Of a DNA stretch of 64,000 bases, positions 17,573-26,086 are shown one piece after another. Made by a program: the position numbers and the translations under genes. The first letter of the stretch is position 1; each line of letters starts with the position of its first letter. The stretch spans positions 1,920 to 65,919 of the forward strand of contig JBKQVI010000535.1 of the NCBI GenBank assembly GCA_052139985.1. Reading direction: 5' to 3'. This DNA comes from Terriglobia bacterium (lineage in GTDB: Bacteria > Acidobacteriota > Terriglobia > UBA7540). Under the pieces are notes generated by a model. It made no database searches. It worked only from the letters and a program-made list of their open reading frames with translations, and was not told the origin of the DNA.

Positions 17573-19621
17573 CTACTTGATGTGCTCATCCAGCCACCCC
17601 AACACCGTCTGATACCACAACTGGCTATTCTGCGGTTTCAGGACCCAGTGGCCTTCATCGGGGAAATACAGCAGTTTGGATTTGATGCCGCGCCGTTGCA
17701 GGGCCGAGAACAGTTGGAACGCCTGGCCTTCCGGCACGCGGAAGTCCTTCGCGCCTTCAATCAGCAGCATGGGCGTCTTGACGTTCTGCACGAAGTTCGA
17801 AGGCGACCATTTCTCGCGTAGCGCCAGGGATTCCTTCTCCCAAGGCAGTCCCTTGAATTCCCACTCGTCGAACCACAGTTCTTCCGTTTCGCCGGCCATA
17901 CTGTGATTATCAAAGTCACCGTCGTGTGAGACCAGTGCCTTGAAGCGGTCGGTGTGACCGGCAATCCAGTTGATCATGAATCCGCCGAAGGAGGCACCTG
18001 CGGCTACCATCCGCGTTTTATCGACATAATCCAGCTTCTCGAGATAGTCCGCAGCGTTCATCAAGTCATGGAAGGGCGCGCCGCCCCAATCGCCGGAAAT
18101 TTCTTCCACGAATTTCTGCCCATAGCCCGTTGAGCCGTGGAAGTTGGTCATCAGAACCACATATCCGCGGGCGGCGAACATCTGGGCATTCCAGCGATAG
18201 CTCCAGGCATCTTCCCAGGCGCTCTGCGGGCCGCCATGAACCAGCAGCAGGCCCGGGTACTTCTTACTCGGGTCGAAGCCCGGCGGCTTCAGCATGAGGC
18301 TTTCGATCTCTGCTCCCAGCGCGCCCGGTGTAGTCACGGATTCAGCCGTATTCATGTCGAGATCGGCCAGCAAGGCATCGTTTTCGTGGGTTAGTACTGT
18401 GGTCGAGCCGCCTGGCAATGCCACGCGATAGATTGCGGCCGGTTGCGTGAGGCTGGTTCGGGTCAGTAGCAGCCACGTGCCATCGGGGCTCACCGTAAGG
18501 TCGTCATTCATGCCCTCCAGAACCTTTTCCACTTTAGGCTCGGTTACGGAAGTCTTGAAGACCGGCTGATGGGCGTGGTCAGGGGCCGTGAAATAGATCG
18601 TGTTGTTGTCGGGCGCCCAGGCGAATCCGCCCACCCACTGGTCAAATCCGGGTGTAAGGTCGATGGTTTTGCTGGTCTCGCGATCGTACGCACGCAGGCG
18701 GAACAAATCGGACTCGTAACCATTGCGTGCCTGGGAAGTGTAGGCAATATAGCGGCCGTTGGGAGAATACTGGGGCGACGCGTCCGAGCCCGGATTGTCG
18801 CTGGTTATGTTGAGTGGTTCGCCGCTTTGCGTGCCAACGATGTAGAGATCATTGTTGGTGGTCCAAGCCGCCGCCGATTGGCCTGCGGACCCCTTGCTGC
18901 GATTCGACGTGTAGCAAACTTCCGTGCCGTCCGGCGAAATCGCGTAGCCATCGGGAGCGCCGAGGAAAAAAGTAGGCGAATCGAACGCGCCGGGAGTCAG
19001 GTCGCGAGGCGTGCCGCCTTTCGAGGAGACAGCGAAAAGGTGCGTGTACCGGCCCTCACGCCAGGAGTCCCAATGGCGGAAGAGCAGTTCGGTGAAGATT
19101 TGCGCTTTAACCTTGCTTTCCGCCGTTTCTTTCAGCCGGCGCGCATTGCAGGCCTCGTCCGCACAATCGGGATAGACCTGCGAAGTGAAGAGCACCATGT
19201 CGCCATGAGCCGCCCAGGTAACGCCATCGGCTTCAGTCGAGAGGGAAGTGAGAGGCCGGGGATCGCCGCCGTCGAATGGCAGGATCCAAACTTGTGAGTT
19301 GCCCCCGCGCGTGGAAATGAAAGCCAGTGATTTCCCCTCAGGGGACCACCGTGGGCGCGTGTCGGAACCGTCGCCGCGCGTGAGCTGTCGCGGCTCTCCG
19401 CCCTCAGCGGAAATCACCCAAATGTGTTTGGCCGTTTTGTTCGCCGCGAGATCGACCACACCAACTTCGTAGGCGATCCACTTGCCATCCGGCGACAATT
19501 GCGGGTCGGCGATCCTTTGCACTCTGGCCAAGTCTTCAAAGGTCATGATGTGTTTGGCTTGGGCAACGGAACAGAGTGCCATCAGCAAAAAAGTTACTCC
19601 GAAACGAAAAAGAATATGCAT
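17573..19621 (-). CDS. S9 family serine peptidase (prolyl oligopeptidase/acylaminoacyl peptidase type) with N-terminal beta-propeller
   Basis: Signal peptide from the ATG at 19621. TolB-like repeats. Catalytic GASFGGFM and C-terminal DEGH. Confidence 0.9.
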   Translation of the reverse strand: MHILFRFGVTFLLMALCSVAQAKHIMTFEDLARVQRIADPQLSPDGKWIAYEVGVVDLAANKTAKHIWVISAEGGEPRQLTRGDGSDTRPRWSPEGKSLAFISTRGGNSQVWILPFDGGDPRPLTSLSTEADGVTWAAHGDMVLFTSQVYPDCADEACNARRLKETAESKVKAQIFTELLFRHWDSWREGRYTHLFAVSSKGGTPRDLTPGAFDSPTFFLGAPDGYAISPDGTEVCYTSNRSKGSAGQSAAAWTTNNDLYIVGTQSGEPLNITSDNPGSDASPQYSPNGRYIAYTSQARNGYESDLFRLRAYDRETSKTIDLTPGFDQWVGGFAWAPDNNTIYFTAPDHAHQPVFKTSVTEPKVEKVLEGMNDDLTVSPDGTWLLLTRTSLTQPAAIYRVALPGGSTTVLTHENDALLADLDMNTAESVTTPGALGAEIESLMLKPPGFDPSKKYPGLLLVHGGPQSAWEDAWSYRWNAQMFAARGYVVLMTNFHGSTGYGQKFVEEISGDWGGAPFHDLMNAADYLEKLDYVDKTRMVAAGASFGGFMINWIAGHTDRFKALVSHDGDFDNHSMAGETEELWFDEWEFKGLPWEKESLALREKWSPSNFVQNVKTPMLLIEGAKDFRVPEGQAFQLFSALQRRGIKSKLLYFPDEGHWVLKPQNSQLWYQTVLGWLDEHIK

Positions 19622-19711
19622 GGGTGCTCCCGGGCTACGAATTATTCGTTTCAATATTGCTGCAACAAACTTATCACAGCGCCGCGGGGCGGGCGCAACC
19701 AAAGTTCGACC

Positions 19712-20638
19712 TCACGCGTTCGGGATGAAGGTCCGAATGGCATTTCGAGCCACCTTGATTGACATACAGACGTCAAACACTAGAGCAGAGAGAAGGAAGG
19801 CCACAACCGCTACGTATGTGAACTTGGTTGCCGGAGTTCCTGCGCGCAAGCGTGGCTGGACCCTGCCAACGGCTGCTAGCGCCCAAACGATCATTGAAGA
19901 CAAGATAGCAACATCGACGGCAGCGTGTGCCACTCCGAATAAATCGAGCCCAACGTAGAAGTACGCACCGCCCGGGACCAAAAGCGCGTGGAGCAGCAAC
20001 GTTTTCCCGTTCTTGAACTTCAATCCGCATTGGCGGCATTGGTAAACGCCCGGCGAAAGGGCCGCAACGCAGTCAGGACAGAAACTCGCCATCGCCAGCG
20101 CTGGCGACGTCTCACCGTCGGGCGCCGGCAGCAAGACGTCCAGCAGGAGCTGAATTTTCTTTGCCGCATTCTTGGGGATTCGCCAATAGGTTTCCTTCGA
20201 TCCCTGGCGATATTCGAGATGGAGTCTCCCGTAGAGCAGGCTTGTTACATGAGCTTCCTTCACGTCGCCCCAATGGGCGCTCCGCAGATTCCTGTTCCAT
20301 CGCCCATTCCACTTCAGTGATAGATGCAGCAGCCGGCGATTCGTCAAAATCAGCGCCGCAGGCGCCAAATAGTGGGATTGCGTGCCCTGCGTATAGCGCT
20401 GGAGTTTTCCGGGCATAATCTGTCCGCGTGCGAGGTATAGCACTACTTCGCCGGGTTCAAGGATTTTCCGGAGTGGCTCCTGAAGCTTTTTGATCTCCCG
20501 CTTGGCCCACCTGACTTCGCTGCCTCGCTCGGCGCCGCGAAGGTTTGTGAAAGCTACATCCTCTCGCACGGGAAAGCCCGCAGGAGAAGTGATTCGCACA
20601 GTCTGATCGGGATGAACAGTGATGTCCGCTACGGGCAC
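19712..20638 (-). CDS. hypothetical membrane protein: PH-like N-domain, CxxC-x10-CxxC zinc ribbon, C-terminal TM helices
   Basis: FCPDCVAALSPGVYQCRQCG is followed by three hydrophobic segments. The N-terminal half resembles bacterial PH (YokE-like) domains; this part is weak recognition. Confidence 0.55.
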   Translation of the reverse strand: MPVADITVHPDQTVRITSPAGFPVREDVAFTNLRGAERGSEVRWAKREIKKLQEPLRKILEPGEVVLYLARGQIMPGKLQRYTQGTQSHYLAPAALILTNRRLLHLSLKWNGRWNRNLRSAHWGDVKEAHVTSLLYGRLHLEYRQGSKETYWRIPKNAAKKIQLLLDVLLPAPDGETSPALAMASFCPDCVAALSPGVYQCRQCGLKFKNGKTLLLHALLVPGGAYFYVGLDLFGVAHAAVDVAILSSMIVWALAAVGRVQPRLRAGTPATKFTYVAVVAFLLSALVFDVCMSIKVARNAIRTFIPNA

Positions 20639-21059
20639 AGTTATCCTTTACTCACAAAATACCAAGAGTGCAATACCCTTGAACGTCCGCATTTTATGCT
20701 GAGAGTGGGAACGCGGCAAGCGCGAATAGGATTGAATACCCTGGGCAATTGACGTGTTTGCGTCAGAACCACAGGCAGCGTCCCTGGGTGGTTGGGTCCG
20801 CATTCAGAACGACATGCTGTCTATGCCGCTGCTCTCGCGCAAAACTTAACGACACAAAACCGGTGAGTTTGGATAAAATGAAAAACCCGAGTCGATGAAT
20901 GTATATTAATCGTGGGGTTGTGCTGCCACGCTTTCGATATCGGGAGGAGCAAACACTGGAGCGTTTTGCACGCGAACGCCTTAATTTACAGGGCTCGAAG
21001 CGTCCCCGGTCGATAAGGGCGGGATGCTCGCTCATGCACGAAATTTGGTAGGAGGAAAT

Positions 21060-22520
21060 ATGTCAAACGCAAGTTGCGATATAGGACTGATTGGTCTGGC
21101 GGTCATGGGCCAGAATCTGGTTTTGAATATGAACGACCACGGATATAAGGTGGCGGTATTTAATCGCACCGTGTCCAAGGTGGATGATTTTCTGAACAAT
21201 GAAGCAGCCGGTACACAGGTGGTCGGCGCGCATTCGATGGCCGAATTTATTCAATTACTCAAACCGCCGCGGCGCGTCATGCTGATGGTGAAGGCGGGCG
21301 ACGCTGTTGACCACATGATTGAAGATATTCTGCCGCACCTCGAAAACGGCGACATCATCATTGATGGGGGCAATTCACACTGGCCGGATTCCAGCCGTCG
21401 CACGAAATATCTTGCCGAGAAGGGCATACTTTTTATCGGTACCGGTGTATCCGGAGGCGAAGAAGGGGCGCGCAATGGCCCCTCGATCATGCCGGGAGGC
21501 AATCCTGCCGCTTGGCCGCATGTGAAAGAAATCTTCCAGGCTATCGCTGCCAAGGTTGAAGACGGTACTCCTTGCTGCGATTGGGTGGGCGAAGACGGTG
21601 CGGGGCATTATGTGAAGATGGTGCACAACGGCATCGAGTACGGCGACATGCAATTGATCTGCGAGGCCTATCAATTAATGAAGGACGTACTGGGCCTTAC
21701 TGCCGACGAACTTCACGAAGTGTTCGCCGATTGGAACAAAGGTGAACTCGACAGCTACCTCATCGACATCACCAGCCAGATCTTCGCCAAGAAAGATGAC
21801 GATGGCACGCCCATCGTGGATAAAATCCTCGATACCGCCGGCCAGAAAGGTACGGGAAAGTGGACATGCCTCAGCGCTCTTGACTTGGGCATGCCGGTGA
21901 CGCTGATTGGGGAAGCGGTGTTCTCCCGGTGTCTCTCGGCGATCAAGGACGAACGCGTCGCGGCGTCGGCTATCCTCAAAGGGCCCCGGCGTTCCACAGG
22001 AAAACTCGACCGCGCGACCTTCACGGAAGAGGTTCGCCGCGCGCTATATTGTTCCAAGATTATTTCCTACGCGCAGGGTTACATGCTGTTGCGCGAAGCT
22101 GCCAAGGACCAGAAGTGGAACTTGAATTTCGGTGGCATCGCCTTGATGTGGCGCGGCGGGTGCATCATCCGCAGCCGCTTCCTCGGCAAGATCAAGGAAG
22201 CCTATGACGAGAATCCGCAGCTCAGCAACCTGCTCGTGAATAAATTCTTCACCAAAGCTTTAACAAGTTATCAAGCGGGTTGGCGGCGCGCCATCGCCCA
22301 CGCGGTCAAGGGCGGTGTGCCCACGCCCGCATTCACCACCGCGCTGGCATTTTACGACGGTTATCGCACCGGACGCCTGCCTGCCAACCTGCTGCAAGCG
22401 CAACGCGACTTCTTCGGCGCGCACACTTATGAGCGCGTGGACAAGCCGCGCGGCGAGTTCTTCCATACTAACTGGACCGGCAAGGGCGGCAAGGTAGCCT
22501 CCGGCCAATATAACGCATAG
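21060..22520 (+). CDS. gnd: 6-phosphogluconate dehydrogenase, decarboxylating
   Basis: GLIGLAVMGQNLVLN NADP-binding fold, IIDGGNS, full-length similarity pattern. AGGAGGA lies before the ATG at 21060. Confidence 0.95.
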   Translation: MSNASCDIGLIGLAVMGQNLVLNMNDHGYKVAVFNRTVSKVDDFLNNEAAGTQVVGAHSMAEFIQLLKPPRRVMLMVKAGDAVDHMIEDILPHLENGDIIIDGGNSHWPDSSRRTKYLAEKGILFIGTGVSGGEEGARNGPSIMPGGNPAAWPHVKEIFQAIAAKVEDGTPCCDWVGEDGAGHYVKMVHNGIEYGDMQLICEAYQLMKDVLGLTADELHEVFADWNKGELDSYLIDITSQIFAKKDDDGTPIVDKILDTAGQKGTGKWTCLSALDLGMPVTLIGEAVFSRCLSAIKDERVAASAILKGPRRSTGKLDRATFTEEVRRALYCSKIISYAQGYMLLREAAKDQKWNLNFGGIALMWRGGCIIRSRFLGKIKEAYDENPQLSNLLVNKFFTKALTSYQAGWRRAIAHAVKGGVPTPAFTTALAFYDGYRTGRLPANLLQAQRDFFGAHTYERVDKPRGEFFHTNWTGKGGKVASGQYNA

Positions 22521-22532
22521 AAAAGGTCAATC

Positions 22533-23615
22533 ATGAAATACGGTCTCAGCATTCAACCTGCGGGCGCCCTGGATTTCTTGTCTCTGGGCGCCCTTGTTCA
22601 CCGTCTTGATCCCGGCATTATTCCGTTTCGTAAGGCTACCGAATGTCAAATCCACGTCAGCGGTGGCGAATTCAACTGCGCCGCCAATCTGTCAGACTGC
22701 TTTCGCCTGCAAACGGGCGTGGCGTCGGCAATGGTGGATTATCCCGTGGGCGATCTGATTGCCGAGCGGGTGCGCGCCATGGGCGTGAAGGCTTTCTACA
22801 AGCATTTTAAGCACAATGGCGTGAACGGCCCCAACATGGCTGCCGTGTACAGTGATCGCGGGTTCGGCGTACGCGCTCCCGTGGTCTTCTATAACCGCGC
22901 CAACGAGGCCGGGGCTTTGCTCAAACCTGGGGATTTTGATTGGAAATCCATCTTTGGCGCCGGTGTCCGCTGGTTTCATAGCGGAGGGATTTTCGCGGCG
23001 TTGTCTGAAACCACCGGGCAGCTCATCGCGGAGGCCATGAAGGCGGCCAAGGCGGCGGGCGCGATCACTTCGTTTGATCTGAACTACCGTGCCAAGCTCT
23101 GGAACATTTGGGGCGGCCACGAGCGAGCCCTCGCCGTGATTGCGCGCATCGTCGAGTATGTGGACGTTCTGGTGGGAAACGAAGAAGACCTGCAAATGGG
23201 CCTGGGCGTTCCCGGTCCGGAGGTCGCAGCGAAATCCAAACTCGATCCCAGCGCCTTCTTCGGCATGATTGACAAGGTGGTGACGAAATACCCCCACGTC
23301 AAAATTGTAGCGACGACCCTCCGCGAGGTGCACTCGAGTAGCCGGCACGGTTGGAGCGCGGTAGCCTGGATCGATGGCAAGACATATCTGGCGCCAACCG
23401 CCGAACTCGACGTTCTCGATCGCGTGGGCGGCGGTGACGGTTTCGCGTCCGGCTTCTTTTACGGGTTGCTAACCGGTGAGGAACCGGAAGAGGCGGTAAA
23501 GCTCGGCTGGGCCCACGGCGCGTTACTGACCACGTACCCGGGTGATACCACCATGGCTACCGTTGACCAGGTGCGGGCTTTCGCCAAAGGCGGTTCGGCG
23601 CGAATTCAGCGCTAG
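22533..23615 (+). CDS. PfkB-family sugar kinase (2-keto-3-deoxygluconate-kinase-like)
   Basis: C-terminal DRVGGGDGFASGF PfkB signature 2. 360 aa. Confidence 0.8.
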   Translation: MKYGLSIQPAGALDFLSLGALVHRLDPGIIPFRKATECQIHVSGGEFNCAANLSDCFRLQTGVASAMVDYPVGDLIAERVRAMGVKAFYKHFKHNGVNGPNMAAVYSDRGFGVRAPVVFYNRANEAGALLKPGDFDWKSIFGAGVRWFHSGGIFAALSETTGQLIAEAMKAAKAAGAITSFDLNYRAKLWNIWGGHERALAVIARIVEYVDVLVGNEEDLQMGLGVPGPEVAAKSKLDPSAFFGMIDKVVTKYPHVKIVATTLREVHSSSRHGWSAVAWIDGKTYLAPTAELDVLDRVGGGDGFASGFFYGLLTGEEPEEAVKLGWAHGALLTTYPGDTTMATVDQVRAFAKGGSARIQR

Positions 23616-23886
23616 CGGGGGAGTCGCCCAAATCCTCATATCGAGCAGCGCTTCGGGTGCGCGGAGTTTTACGGCGTTTAACTCGTGTCGTTTCATCGAT
23701 CAAGATGTCCAGAATCTGCAAACCGTGGACGTCGGCGATATACTATAATCAAATATTCTAGCAGTCTCCTTTCGGGTCTTGGCGGCATCTAAGCCTCATA
23801 GGGCTTTCAAGGTGTTGAGCAGGGGACTGCCGCGTCAGATTTGTTTAGAATTCTGAACCGATCTCATACCGTGGAGGGCTAATCTC

Positions 23887-25929
23887 TTGGAAGGTCAAAC
23901 CGCTACTGCTACCTCTAATTCCAGTTTGAGCCCGTCGCAGCTCGACCAGCTCTGCATCAACACCATTCGCTTCTTGGCCGTCGATGCGGTGCAGAAAGCC
24001 AACTCCGGCCATCCGGGCATGCCCATGGGGGCCGCGCCGATGGCGTATGTGCTCTGGACCCGCTACCTGAAACATGATCCGGCTAAACCCGCTTGGCCGA
24101 ACCGCGACCGTTTTGTGCTCTCCGCGGGGCATGGCTCGATGCTGCTGTACAGTTTGTTGCATTTGACGGGATACGACATGCCGATTTCGGAGTTGCAACA
24201 GTTTCGGCAGTGGGGTAGTAAAACGCCGGGCCATCCCGAGCATTGGCTGGTCCCTGGAATTGAGACCACCACGGGTCCATTGGGACAGGGCTTCGGCAAC
24301 GGTGTCGGCATGGCGATTGCCCAGAAGTATCTGGCCGCGCATTTCAATCGCCCGGGCCATGAGATTGTGGATTACAAGGTTTATGCTATCGCCGGCGATG
24401 GCGATTTGATGGAAGGCATATCGTCGGAAGCCGCCTCCTTGGCTGGCCACTTGCAGCTCGACAACCTGATTTATTTCTACGACGATAATCACATCTCCAT
24501 CGAGGGCTCCACCCAACTTGCGTTCACGGAGGACCGCGCCAAGCGCTTCGAAGCCTACGGGTGGTTTGTGCAAAAGCTTGAGGACGGTAATGATCTGGCA
24601 GCTATCGATGCGGCTATTCGCGCCGCCCAAGCTGAGCGCGGACGGCCTTCGATCATCATGATTCGGACGCACATCGGTTACGGCAGCCCCAACAAACATG
24701 ACACCGCGGAGGCGCACGGCACGGCCCTTGGGGTCGAGGAAGTTAAACTCACTAAGGAAAACCTAGGCTGGCCATTGGAGCCCGCATTCCTAGTGCCGGA
24801 AAAGGCACGCGCGCATTTTCGCTTGGCTCTTGAGAAAGGCGCCAAAGCTGAGGCCGAGTGGCAAGGCAAGTTAGCGGCCTACCGCCAGGCATTTCCGGAT
24901 CTGGCGGCGGAGTGGGACCGGTTTACGACCGGCGAATTGACGCCGGGCTGGCAGGCGAAGATTCCCACCTTCAGCTCCTCGGAAAAGCCGATGGCGACGC
25001 GGCAAGCATCGGGTAAGGTCTTAAACGCCATTTCACCTGTTCTTCCCACCTTGCTCGGAGGCTCAGCAGACTTGGCGCCTTCCACCAATACTCTGATCAA
25101 AGGTGAAAAGGATTTTGAGGCCGGCAATTACGGCGGGCGCAACTTCCACTTTGGGGTTCGCGAACATGCGATGGGCGCGATCATCAACGGTATGGCCCTG
25201 AGCGGATTGATTCCTTACGGCGCTACGTTCTTCGTCTTTTCCGACTACCTGCGGCCGGCGCTGCGTCTCTCGTCGCTCATGGACGCCCACGCGATTTACG
25301 TCTTCACGCATGACAGCGTTTTTCTGGGCGAGGACGGCCCCACGCACGAGCCGATTGAGCACTTGGCGGCTTGCCGCGTCATTCCCCATCTCTGCTCCAT
25401 CCGCCCCGCCGATGCCAACGAAACCGCAGTCGCGTGGCGGGTGGCCATCGAACACAAAGGCCCCGTGGCTTTGATGTTGACCCGCCAAGTCTTGCCGATT
25501 ATCGATCGCAGCAAGTACGCCGCGGCAGACGGACTGGAAAAGGGTGCGTACGTTCTTGGCGATTCCAAGGGCAAGATGCCGGAACTCATTTTGATTGCCA
25601 CCGGATCCGAGGTGGCGCCGACGCGCGAGGCTTACGAGAAGTTGAGCGCGGAAGGCATTGCGGCGCGTTTAGTGAGCATGCCTTCGTGGGACCTTTTCGA
25701 AAAACAGCCGCAGTCCTATCGGGACGAAGTGCTGCCGCCGAGTGTAACGGCGCGCCTTGCCGTGGAGGCTGGGGTGCCTTTCGGCTGGGAACGGTATGTG
25801 GGGACCAAAGGCGCCGTGCACGGAATCAATCGCTTTGGTGCGTCCGCTCCGTACAAAGTCATCGCTGAGAAGCTTGGCTTTACCGGGACCAACATCGTTA
25901 AGCTGGCGCACGAGCTTTTGGGCCGCTGA
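23887..25929 (+). CDS. tkt: transketolase
   Basis: SGHPGMPMG and the GDGDLMEG ThDP motif. 680 aa. TTG start. Confidence 0.95.
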   Translation: MEGQTATATSNSSLSPSQLDQLCINTIRFLAVDAVQKANSGHPGMPMGAAPMAYVLWTRYLKHDPAKPAWPNRDRFVLSAGHGSMLLYSLLHLTGYDMPISELQQFRQWGSKTPGHPEHWLVPGIETTTGPLGQGFGNGVGMAIAQKYLAAHFNRPGHEIVDYKVYAIAGDGDLMEGISSEAASLAGHLQLDNLIYFYDDNHISIEGSTQLAFTEDRAKRFEAYGWFVQKLEDGNDLAAIDAAIRAAQAERGRPSIIMIRTHIGYGSPNKHDTAEAHGTALGVEEVKLTKENLGWPLEPAFLVPEKARAHFRLALEKGAKAEAEWQGKLAAYRQAFPDLAAEWDRFTTGELTPGWQAKIPTFSSSEKPMATRQASGKVLNAISPVLPTLLGGSADLAPSTNTLIKGEKDFEAGNYGGRNFHFGVREHAMGAIINGMALSGLIPYGATFFVFSDYLRPALRLSSLMDAHAIYVFTHDSVFLGEDGPTHEPIEHLAACRVIPHLCSIRPADANETAVAWRVAIEHKGPVALMLTRQVLPIIDRSKYAAADGLEKGAYVLGDSKGKMPELILIATGSEVAPTREAYEKLSAEGIAARLVSMPSWDLFEKQPQSYRDEVLPPSVTARLAVEAGVPFGWERYVGTKGAVHGINRFGASAPYKVIAEKLGFTGTNIVKLAHELLGR

Positions 25930-26086
25930 TTGACTCAGGGCGTAAGGTCTTGATCCATTAAGGTGGAGCGATATCCACCAGCGCGAAATGAACGCGGGAG
26001 TACCGCCTGGACGTATGGCAAAGTTGCACGTTTCAGGCGCGGCTTCGATGTCTGCCGTGTGGCGAATGAAGGAGGAATATTCTCTT

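Noticed and set aside
23845-24717. 290-aa minus-strand ORF
   Set aside because: Antisense shadow of transketolase.
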